NCBI GenBank assembly: GCA_040954595.2
Contig: JBECUI020000052.1
Coordinates: 1-59,818 of the forward strand
Origin: Balanoglossus misakiensis
Lineage: Eukaryota > Animalia > Hemichordata
DNA length: 59,818 nt
Reading direction: 5' to 3'
The translations under genes and the position numbers were made by a program. Within the stretch, counting starts at the first letter, position 1. Each line of letters starts with the position of its first letter. The notes under the pieces were generated by a model, which saw only the letters and a program-made list of their open reading frames with translations, had not been told where the DNA came from and searched no databases. This document shows positions 51,844 to 59,818 of this stretch, one piece after another.

Positions 51844-52707
51844 GTGGCGGAGGTCATTTTGGGCTGTAATGTCATTATCGTGCATGATCCCCAGCTAGAG
51901 CTGGCTCATAACGTTTATCTGGAAATGTGTGAGTGGTTGCAGGTGCGGGGGCATAAGATTATTCCCTGCGATTTTCGTTCGCGGAAGCTCCTCCCCGAGG
52001 CCGCTGAGGGCAACCTGGCCATATCCTTAGGAGGTGACGGAACTTTTTTATCCTGTGCCCGACTCCTGGCGGATAATCCTTTACCCATTTTACCGGTTCA
52101 TTTGGGAACCTTTGGTTTTATTACCGAAGTGACCCAGTCAGAGTGGGCTGATACCCTGTCTCTCTTCTTTGAAGGGAAACTTAAAGAAGAGATTCGTCAG
52201 GGTCTGGAAGTTAAAGTGCTAAGAAACGGCAGGGAAGTAGTTTCTTTTGTGGGAATTAACGATGCTGTAATTTCGGCCTCAGGAATCAGCAAGGTTCTTC
52301 ACCTGGGGCTGGATCTGGCAGGGACCACTCAGGTGGGCCACCTCCGGGGAGATGGTGTTATTGTGGCGACGCCCACAGGCTCTACGGCCTATTCCATGGC
52401 GGCTGGAGGTCCCATCATTCACCCTGGTATGCATGCTTTGATTCTTACCCCCATATGTCCTTTTTCTCTTGCTTGGCGTCCTCTGGTTCTTCCCGGCCAT
52501 GACATTATCCGCATTGTTATTGAACCAAAGCAACGCTCAGAAGTGATTCTTACTGTGGATGGTCAAGAACTTTATGCCCTGAAGACCAAAGACGTGGTTC
52601 AGCTCAGGGGAAGAGAGCAGATGGCCAGAGTGATTAAATCTAATCGCCGGGAATTTTATGAGGTGGTCCGTTCCAAGCTTGGATGGTCGGGAGGGCCCTA
52701 TGCTTGA
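51844..52707 (+). CDS. nadK: NAD kinase
   Basis: SLGGDGTFL, GTFGFI, ND, DGVIVATPTGSTAYSMAAGGP. Confidence 0.95.
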   Translation: MAEVILGCNVIIVHDPQLELAHNVYLEMCEWLQVRGHKIIPCDFRSRKLLPEAAEGNLAISLGGDGTFLSCARLLADNPLPILPVHLGTFGFITEVTQSEWADTLSLFFEGKLKEEIRQGLEVKVLRNGREVVSFVGINDAVISASGISKVLHLGLDLAGTTQVGHLRGDGVIVATPTGSTAYSMAAGGPIIHPGMHALILTPICPFSLAWRPLVLPGHDIIRIVIEPKQRSEVILTVDGQELYALKTKDVVQLRGREQMARVIKSNRREFYEVVRSKLGWSGGPYA

Positions 52708-54415
52708 GGAGCTACGCATCCGGAATTACGCCCTCTTTGACAATGCGGACCTCTCTTTTGGTCCGGGGCTCAATATCTTAAGCGGTGAGACCGGTGCGGG
52801 AAAGTCCATACTTATTGATGCCCTGGGGCTCATTCTTGGCGAGAAGGGGCGTCCCGAAAACATACGATCAGGAGCCAGAGAAACAGAGGTTTCGGCCATC
52901 ATTCGTCCTCAATTTACCCCCGAATACCTGGACTGGAGGAAGCAGTATGGCATAGAAGAAGAGGACGGCATTCTTATCTTGCGGCGTACAATCCGCAGAG
53001 GAGGGCGGGGCATCATAAGCGTTCAGAATGTCCCGGTGACTCGCAGTGCCTTGCGAAAACTTGCCGAAACTCTTGTGGATATTCATGGCCAGCATGAACA
53101 CCAGTCTCTTTTTCGGGTGGATGTGCACCGGAAGCTTCTGGACCGCTATGCAGGTATAGAAAACCTTGTCCAGCAATTCAGCGAACTTTTTACCAAGCTA
53201 AGCAAGGTGATCAAGGCCCTTGCAGCCTATGAGGAAGAAGAATCTCAGATAGCCCGGGAAGCCGACTTTCTCCGTTACGCATTAAAAGAAATTCAAGAAG
53301 CCAATATTCAAGAAGGAGAAGAAGAGCAGCTCTCTCAGCGACAGAAGGTTCTGGCTCGGCATGAAGAAATGGCGAACTACCTGCAGACGGCCCTGGACCG
53401 GGTATCAGAAGGTCGGGGAGGTGCCTTGGCAAACATGAGAGAGACTACGGAAGTCTTAAATAAGGCTGCTGATATCGATAAGGAGCTTGGGGGAATCTTA
53501 TCTCGGTTCAGCGAAGCTTTCTACGAGATTGAGGATGTGGCAGAACAGCTCCGCTGCTACCATGAATCCCTGGAATATAATCATGGAGAGCTGGAAGAAA
53601 TAGATGAACGCCTAGGGGTTCTCTATGGCCTGAAGAAGAAATATGGCCCTACAGAGGCAGCTATTCTGGCCTATGAGAAGGAAGCCGAGAAAAAACTTCT
53701 ATCCTACGAAAACCGCAATGCCGAAACTTCTCATCTACGGGAAGAACATATCCGGATGAAAAAAGAACTTGCCTCCAAGGCCCAGGAATTAAGTCAACTC
53801 CGAGAAAAAGCGGCGTTGGGATTTCAGAAAAAGGTAGAAGAGCATCTTGGGGCATTAGGGATTCCACAGGCCCGTTTTGAAGTGGAACTTAACCGGAGGA
53901 CATCTGGAGAAGGCCAGGCCGTCTATGGCCCCTACGGCAAAGATGCTGTAGAGTTTCTACTTTCATCTAATCCGGGCGAACCACTCAAGTCGCTGAATTC
54001 TGTGGCCTCAGGAGGGGAACTTTCCCGGATAATGTTGGCTCTCAAGTCTGTTCTTTCCGAATCTGATACCATACAGACATTGATTTTTGATGAAATCGAT
54101 TCCGGTATTGGGGGAGAGGTGGCCCGGTCAGTGGGAGAACATTTGAGAAAACTTGCTGAAAGAAAACAGCTGTTCTGCATTACCCACCTTGCTACAATTG
54201 CTGTTTTCGCTGATAATCATATCAAAGTTCACAAGCAAACCGTACTGGATAGAACCTCCACGACGGTTCAAGTTATTGAAGGCGAAGAAAGAGTTCGGGA
54301 AATTGCCCGAATGCTTGTAGGCGATAGTGAAGGACAGGTTTCTCTTGGCCATGCTGCTCGACTTCTGAAAGAATTGGGGACAGACGCAAAGAAGGGAAGC
54401 CTCACCGAAGAATAA
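52700..54415 (+). CDS. recN: DNA repair protein RecN
   Basis: MLEEL.IRNYAL, SGETGAGKS, IHGQHEHQ, ASGGELSR, IFDEIDSGIGG; start ATG 52700. Confidence 0.97.
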   Translation: MLEELRIRNYALFDNADLSFGPGLNILSGETGAGKSILIDALGLILGEKGRPENIRSGARETEVSAIIRPQFTPEYLDWRKQYGIEEEDGILILRRTIRRGGRGIISVQNVPVTRSALRKLAETLVDIHGQHEHQSLFRVDVHRKLLDRYAGIENLVQQFSELFTKLSKVIKALAAYEEEESQIAREADFLRYALKEIQEANIQEGEEEQLSQRQKVLARHEEMANYLQTALDRVSEGRGGALANMRETTEVLNKAADIDKELGGILSRFSEAFYEIEDVAEQLRCYHESLEYNHGELEEIDERLGVLYGLKKKYGPTEAAILAYEKEAEKKLLSYENRNAETSHLREEHIRMKKELASKAQELSQLREKAALGFQKKVEEHLGALGIPQARFEVELNRRTSGEGQAVYGPYGKDAVEFLLSSNPGEPLKSLNSVASGGELSRIMLALKSVLSESDTIQTLIFDEIDSGIGGEVARSVGEHLRKLAERKQLFCITHLATIAVFADNHIKVHKQTVLDRTSTTVQVIEGEERVREIARMLVGDSEGQVSLGHAARLLKELGTDAKKGSLTEE

Positions 54416-54426
54416 CGGTATTTATT

Positions 54427-55236
54427 ATGGCAAAGGTAAAGGATGAGGCTAGGAAGAAATACTTTGAAAGGATTGGGGTCTACAAGAAGAAAACCCTAGA
54501 AATTCTTAAAAAAGAAAAACTTCTGGAAGAAATTATTAGCCATGGTGGGCCCGGAGTAGGGTATAAACACATTATTTTGGCCCAGGACAATCTTTCCCTT
54601 GTTTCTTATTATCTGGTAACGAATACCCTCTCTGTCTTGCTGCTGGGGGTAAAAAACGAAAATGCCCTCAATGATGCCCGGAAATCCTGTTACAAAGTGC
54701 TCCTCAATCTTGAAAAAATTTTTAGCAACTACGTCGATGTGCCATTCAGCGAGTATGAAGCCATGCTGGTCCAAATGAGCTCCTACGACGAATTCGATAG
54801 GTATAACCTTGTTCGCAAAGTAGGATTTGCCATTGACAGGGTTATTTATGACTTTGGCAGCAACACAAAATGGAAGTGGTCTTTTGTTGAATTAAAGGCA
54901 CGCCTCGCTACCATCGCTAAAAACTGTATCAACCTTAAGACATTCCTTCCGGGTATGGACCCTCGTCAACCAGGTTATCAACAGAGAGTTGAACATTACA
55001 ATCTGACCCGTCGGCTCATTACTGAGACAGCGGATGCTTTCAGGATGAAATATGAACTTTCTACCAACAGAATGGATGATTTCCGCCAGGCAATCAGCTA
55101 CTTAGGAGCTTTGAAACGTCTATCACTGGTAATGGGGAACAAAGAGGAATTCATCGCCATTCAGAAGAAAATTAAAATCTGGAAGGTTAAGATGGAAACA
55201 GATCATCAGAAAAAAACTCAGCAGACTCCGGGATAA
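54427..55236 (+). CDS. Conserved hypothetical protein (spirochaete-type)
   Basis: 269-aa ORF after recN; LNDARK..YK, FG.NTKWKWSFVEL, FRMKYELST. Confidence 0.8.
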   Translation: MAKVKDEARKKYFERIGVYKKKTLEILKKEKLLEEIISHGGPGVGYKHIILAQDNLSLVSYYLVTNTLSVLLLGVKNENALNDARKSCYKVLLNLEKIFSNYVDVPFSEYEAMLVQMSSYDEFDRYNLVRKVGFAIDRVIYDFGSNTKWKWSFVELKARLATIAKNCINLKTFLPGMDPRQPGYQQRVEHYNLTRRLITETADAFRMKYELSTNRMDDFRQAISYLGALKRLSLVMGNKEEFIAIQKKIKIWKVKMETDHQKKTQQTPG

Positions 55237-55300
55237 TTTCTTGTTTCCACACCTTCTGAGGGGTCGATTCCGCATCATACTTTTATCTGAAATAAGAATT

Positions 55301-56077
55301 TCAGACTGACTCGAAGCCCTCCTTCTCCGAAGGCAGGAAAGATCCTTTGAGTTCTTCCCCGGAAGTGGACTTCAAATAACGCAGTTTACGGAATACCTTG
55401 ATCATATGCTGAGCTTCCCGGGGGCTTAATGTGGCCCTGGCAAGAATATCCCTGAAGTAGGTCTCTGTATAGAAGCGATCAGTCTTGTCAAAATAGCCCA
55501 CGGAATTCAGAGTCTGGTTAATGACCTTGACCACCTGCTCCAACTCCTGGCGCTCAATGGGGATATACCGTTCCAGGTTCCTGTCCTGGGCCTGCCGCCA
55601 GAGGGCGGAGGTTATAATCTGGACAGCATGGGAAAGATTCAAAGAAGGGAAAACTGGTGACGCGGGAATGTGGACCGCTAGATTGCAGAGCCTCAGTTCA
55701 TCCGTATTGAGCCCGTTTTGTTCATTCCCGAAAACGATGGCTGTCTTGCCTTGAGATAAACCTGCTGTTTTTTTAGCAAATTCCTCTGGTAGCAGAGAGA
55801 AAAACTTGCGCTTTACCCCAAGGCGCCTCGTGACTCCGGCACTGAGAACCGTAGACTCCAAGGCCTTTTCAAGCCTGTCCACTACCCTGGCCTTGTCGTA
55901 GATTTCCCGGGCATGAATAGCCATCTTATACACTTCATTCTTATCCAAGGTAGCGGGGGCCACGAGACAGAGGCGGCTAATGCCCATGCTTTTCATCCCC
56001 CGACAGGTAGCCCCGACATTCATGGCACCCTCAGGACGGCAGAGAACAATCACTATGCGATCAAGCCAGGAAGCCAC
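55301..56077 (-). CDS. SPOUT tRNA methyltransferase (TrmJ/LasT family)
   Basis: NVGATCRGMKSMG, VFGNEQNGL, PSLNLSHAVQI. Confidence 0.9.
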   Translation of the reverse strand: MASWLDRIVIVLCRPEGAMNVGATCRGMKSMGISRLCLVAPATLDKNEVYKMAIHAREIYDKARVVDRLEKALESTVLSAGVTRRLGVKRKFFSLLPEEFAKKTAGLSQGKTAIVFGNEQNGLNTDELRLCNLAVHIPASPVFPSLNLSHAVQIITSALWRQAQDRNLERYIPIERQELEQVVKVINQTLNSVGYFDKTDRFYTETYFRDILARATLSPREAQHMIKVFRKLRYLKSTSGEELKGSFLPSEKEGFESV

Positions 56078-56083
56078 TCTTTT

Positions 56084-56911
56084 TTAAAAAATCTTTTCAA
56101 GAAAGACGGCCAGGCCGTCTTGGTCGGCATGAGGAACCTGGTTTTCTGGAGGAAAGCACCTTTTCATATCTTCTGGAGCCCCCCCCATAACAATGGCGTA
56201 TCCAGCGGCTCTGAGTAGGGATTCATCATTCCAACCGTCCCCGGCAGCAAAGGTTTCCGCCGGATCTATTTTTTTGATTCGGCAGATCTCTTCCATAGCT
56301 CTTCCCTTGTTGACACCCCCTGCCATGATTTCCAGAAAGCGGGGATCTGAAAAGGTGGTGCTAAGCTTCTGAGAGTCAAAAAGCTTTTCAAGATCTTGTT
56401 TTATGGGCTTAAGTTTTACAGGATCAGCAATCATAAGGATTTTGGTAAAAGCAAGAGAGTTCAGGGTATCAAAATTCACGGTGTTACCGATAAGATTTGT
56501 CCGCTGGAAATATCCTTTCATCTCGGGGTGAATCCCTTCATAGAGAAGTTTACCCTCTTGGTAGGCAAGAAAGTAGATCTCTTTCCTACGGGCAAAATCA
56601 ACGACTTGGCGAGAAATGGTTTCGTCCAAGGTGAGTTCAAATATGGCCTGCCCCTGGGGGCCATCAAAAATTGCCGCTCCGTTGTAGCATATGGCCGGGT
56701 CCTTCAGTTCAAGCTCTGTGTAGAGGGGTTCCAGAGCCTCCCAGGAACGCCCCGTAGCTGGAACAATCATGGTCCCTGCATCAAGAACTCGGCTAATGGA
56801 GGTTCGCACACGGGGAGAAATCTGGTGTTTGCTGTTCAAAAGAGTGCCGTCAATATCCAGAAATAATACTTTAGGTCTATTCATGAGGCTTATCTTAATA
56901 GAAAAAATCAA
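56084..56911 (-). CDS. Cof-type HAD-IIB hydrolase
   Basis: LDIDGTL, ATGR, NKG, GDGWND; likely start ATG 56884. Confidence 0.92.
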   Translation of the reverse strand: MIFSIKISLMNRPKVLFLDIDGTLLNSKHQISPRVRTSISRVLDAGTMIVPATGRSWEALEPLYTELELKDPAICYNGAAIFDGPQGQAIFELTLDETISRQVVDFARRKEIYFLAYQEGKLLYEGIHPEMKGYFQRTNLIGNTVNFDTLNSLAFTKILMIADPVKLKPIKQDLEKLFDSQKLSTTFSDPRFLEIMAGGVNKGRAMEEICRIKKIDPAETFAAGDGWNDESLLRAAGYAIVMGGAPEDMKRCFPPENQVPHADQDGLAVFLEKIF

Positions 56912-56944
56912 ATAATATAAGTCAGTTTACAATTATACTACAAA

Positions 56945-58162
56945 ATGAATGGTAAAAAATTTAGCCTGGAAATTGTCCAGGGTATGGAAAAAATTACAGC
57001 CGATTCCTGGAACCGTCTGGCCAGATCCCCCGGGGTTTCACCCTTTCTGGAGTATGAATTCCTGGCTTCTCTGGAAACCTGCGGTGCCGTTTCTTTTAAA
57101 ACAGGCTGGTATCCACTCCATATGCTCCTGCGAAAAGGCAAGCAGATCGTGGCAGCAGCTCCTCTCTATGCCAAAACCCATAGTGCCGGTGAATTTGTCT
57201 TTGATCAGGGTTGGGCACATATCGCCGAGCTTTTAGGGAAAAAATTCTATCCCAAATTGGTAGGCAGCCTTCCTTTTACACCCTCCCCCGGATATCGTTT
57301 TCTTCTCGATCCTGGTGAGAATAGTAATGAACTGGTGACTTTGTTGTTGGCAGGGATGCGGAAACTTTGCAAAGATGGCAACTTTGCCGGTCTGAGTCTG
57401 CTCTTTGTGGATCCGGACTGGGAAAAATATTTGAATTCCATGTCCCAACTGAACCGCTGGGCTCACCAATATTATCTCTGGGAAAATACAGGGTTGAAGT
57501 CCTTTGTTGATTATGTAGAAGGTTTTAAGAAATCTCAACGTCGAAACATACAGCGGGAACGTAGAAGCATCAGCGAGGCGGGAATTAGCATAAGAATGCT
57601 TAGCGGTGAAGAAATTACCGAAGAACTCATGACTCTGATGTACGATTACTACCTGCTTACCAATGCCCAATTTGGTCCCTGGGCGGCCTTTTACCTGAAC
57701 CGGGAATGGTTCAAGGAAATTCGCAGAAAATGGATCTCTCGACTTTATCTTATGGGGGCATGGAAAGCTGGGGAAAAACGGCCTTTGGCCTTAGGGCTTT
57801 TTGTACGCAAAGGCAAATATCTGGTTGGACGTTATTGGGGCCAGGAGGAATATGTAAAAAATCTTCATTTTGAACTTTGCTACTATGCTCCTCTGGATTG
57901 GGCCATCGCTCAGGGAATATCCATCTACGAACCTGGTATGGGTTCTTATCACAAGGCTCGTCGGGGTTTTATCAGCCGAGAATTTGGCAGTTACCATGAG
58001 TTCATGGATCCCGATCTTAAAGCTCTATTCAAAGCGAACCTTGCCCAGACTAATCATTTCGAGAGAGAGAATATCAAGCAGCTTAACGAGGCAGTCCCTT
58101 TTAAGAATTTCTCAAATCAATCTTTAATAGACATTCCCCTCTCAAAGGAACCCTTGCCGTAA
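56945..58162 (+). CDS. FemAB-like GNAT protein (DUF482)
   Basis: PFL..EFL..LE, K.HS.GEFVFD..WA, YPKL...PFTP, GRYWG, LHFELCYY. Confidence 0.88.
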   Translation: MNGKKFSLEIVQGMEKITADSWNRLARSPGVSPFLEYEFLASLETCGAVSFKTGWYPLHMLLRKGKQIVAAAPLYAKTHSAGEFVFDQGWAHIAELLGKKFYPKLVGSLPFTPSPGYRFLLDPGENSNELVTLLLAGMRKLCKDGNFAGLSLLFVDPDWEKYLNSMSQLNRWAHQYYLWENTGLKSFVDYVEGFKKSQRRNIQRERRSISEAGISIRMLSGEEITEELMTLMYDYYLLTNAQFGPWAAFYLNREWFKEIRRKWISRLYLMGAWKAGEKRPLALGLFVRKGKYLVGRYWGQEEYVKNLHFELCYYAPLDWAIAQGISIYEPGMGSYHKARRGFISREFGSYHEFMDPDLKALFKANLAQTNHFERENIKQLNEAVPFKNFSNQSLIDIPLSKEPLP

Positions 58163-58208
58163 ACGAAGAAAAAAATTTAAAATCAGACCACCTATCAGAA
58201 TAAGTGAG

Positions 58209-58601
58209 GTGATCTCAATAATGAAGATAATATCTACGAAAGCTGCGCCTGCTGCCATCGGACCTTACAGTCAAGCACTCATACACAACGGTTTAGTTTG
58301 GTGTTCGGGACAGCTTGCCTTAGATCCTGAGACGGGAATCCTCCTGGGTGAGACTGCCGCTGAACAGTGTGAAAGAGTTTTTCTTAATTTAGCGGCGGTT
58401 CTTGCTGAAGCAGGTACCAGCTTGGCCCAGGCCATTAAACTGACGGTTTATTTAGTAAGCATGGAAGACTTTTCATCCGTTAACGAAGTCTATGCCCAAC
58501 ATGTTCCTGGTAAACCGGCTCGGGCTACTGTAGCCGTGGCTGCATTGCCCAAGGGAGCTCGGGTAGAAATCGATGCCGTGGTGGCCATGGGCGATTCTTA
58601 G
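58209..58601 (+). CDS. ridA: RidA/YjgF enamine-imine deaminase
   Basis: APAAIGPYSQA, SGQ, PARATV.V..LP.GA.VEI. Confidence 0.93.
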   Translation: MISIMKIISTKAAPAAIGPYSQALIHNGLVWCSGQLALDPETGILLGETAAEQCERVFLNLAAVLAEAGTSLAQAIKLTVYLVSMEDFSSVNEVYAQHVPGKPARATVAVAALPKGARVEIDAVVAMGDS

Positions 58602-58661
58602 CTCTCCATCACTCCAGACTGAACCGAATTTTCTTGTATAAGAGTCTAAAGAGGAGTTTTC

Positions 58662-59558
58662 ATGATCATGAGCAAAACCGTTGTCCTGTCGTTGATCGTT
58701 GTGGTGTTGTCTCTCTCGTCTTTTTCCTGTGGGAAGGATCTTCGTACTCGAATTCCCCAATTGCCTGCAAAAGAGAGTCTGGGTTTTCAGGTTAGATCTA
58801 TGCCTGAAGCTTCCCTAGTGAACTATGACATGCAGGAGGCTTCCAATAATCCCCAAGAGGACAGAAAGCGGATAAAAACGGCCTATATGGAAATGGTTGT
58901 GTCTGACCCCAAGGTCTCGGCTAAAGAAATTGCTGAAGATCTCGCCTTTCGCGGAGGGTGGGTTTCTGCGGAGGATGCCAAGGAGAAACAGATCGATTTA
59001 ACACTTCAAGTTCCCGCCGAACTCTTCGATGCATTTCTGGACAATCTGGAAGGAAAGGGGAAAACCGTTAAACGTCAGTTTAATGTTCAGGATGTGACCA
59101 GTCAGTATAGGGACCTGGAAGCAACACTTCAGAACAGGGTAATCCTAAGAGATCGGTATCGTGAATACCTTAAGGAAACCAAGAATATCGAAGAAATTCT
59201 CCAGGTAGAAATGGCTCTTGCTGAACTTAGCCACGAAATCGACAGCCTTCAGAGGACCTTATCATCTTTCGATAAGAGTGTCGCCTATTCTACACTTAAC
59301 TTGGTTCTTAAGCCGCCGGTGCAGGAAGTGGTGGGGCAGAACCTTCCCAGCTTTGCCGACACTCTCTCCAGTTTAGGAGGTATTCTCTTTAATGCAGCCT
59401 ATTACCTGTTCTTTGGAGTACTCTATTTCCTGCTTATTGGAGTTCCCTTCCTGTTGGTTCTGGGGCTTATATGGTGGCTTAGCTTTGGACGCCTGGGACT
59501 GTTGAGAAAAGTCTTTCATTACCTGAGGCGTCAAAAATATAAGCCAGACAAGAACTAG
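58662..59558 (+). CDS. DUF4349 lipoprotein
   Basis: Lipobox FSC; L.VPAE.FD.FL..L, DVT.QY.DL, VAYST; C-terminal TM. Confidence 0.85.
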   Translation: MIMSKTVVLSLIVVVLSLSSFSCGKDLRTRIPQLPAKESLGFQVRSMPEASLVNYDMQEASNNPQEDRKRIKTAYMEMVVSDPKVSAKEIAEDLAFRGGWVSAEDAKEKQIDLTLQVPAELFDAFLDNLEGKGKTVKRQFNVQDVTSQYRDLEATLQNRVILRDRYREYLKETKNIEEILQVEMALAELSHEIDSLQRTLSSFDKSVAYSTLNLVLKPPVQEVVGQNLPSFADTLSSLGGILFNAAYYLFFGVLYFLLIGVPFLLVLGLIWWLSFGRLGLLRKVFHYLRRQKYKPDKN

Positions 59559-59564
59559 AGTCTG

Positions 59565-59818
59565 GTGCCTCCTGTCTTTTTATCTGCTTCCCGGAATCCC
59601 TACGACAATCTTGTCTTTGAGGAAATTTTACTTAGCCGGCTAAGCTCAGGAAAGGAAATGCTGTTTCTTGCTGTCAATCGCCCTGCAGTCGTGGTGGGGC
59701 GATTCCAGAATCCCTGGCGAGAATGTCGTTTGGGTCTGGCTAAACAGCGAGGTACCCTTCTGTGTCGTCGGATAAGCGGAGGGGGGACGGTGGTGCATGA
59801 CGAAGGTAACCTCAATGT
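59565..59818 (+). CDS. lplA: Lipoate-protein ligase A, 5' part (runs off the window)
   Basis: Manual translation NPYDNLVFEE...VVVGRFQNPWREC...RRISGGGTVVHDEGNLN. Confidence 0.9.
   Translation, partial: MPPVFLSASRNPYDNLVFEEILLSRLSSGKEMLFLAVNRPAVVVGRFQNPWRECRLGLAKQRGTLLCRRISGGGTVVHDEGNLN

Overview
This window is from a spirochaete chromosome (Spirochaetales-type flcA, ssb and conserved hypotheticals). Bases 1-7540 hold an AT-richer sulfatase / sugar ABC transporter / YesMN-type two-component locus. Bases 7937-17391 are a decayed ~9.4 kb genomic island at tRNA-Leu(GAG), bounded by a 52-bp direct repeat. It carries three toxin-antitoxin pairs, a ygcE/ygcW/etfA remnant and IS256, IS481, IS21 and rve-type IS debris, but no integrase. 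The rest is mostly housekeeping: ligA, a cobalamin-riboswitch-controlled btuFCD-cobU-cbiR-cobS salvage operon, ung, eno, flcA, ilvE, manC, ssb, trxA, glgP, nadK, recN and lplA. The most unusual structure is at 29837-30947: a CRISPR-like 109-bp tandem array in which a perfect 28-bp GTAG-type REP palindrome alternates with an 81-bp piece of an IS256 transposase gene. The array sits inside a destroyed IS256 element, and its three internal SNPs are all synonymous in the transposase frame. Several single-base frameshifts in core genes probably reflect assembly errors. All family assignments come from motif recognition; no database search was run.
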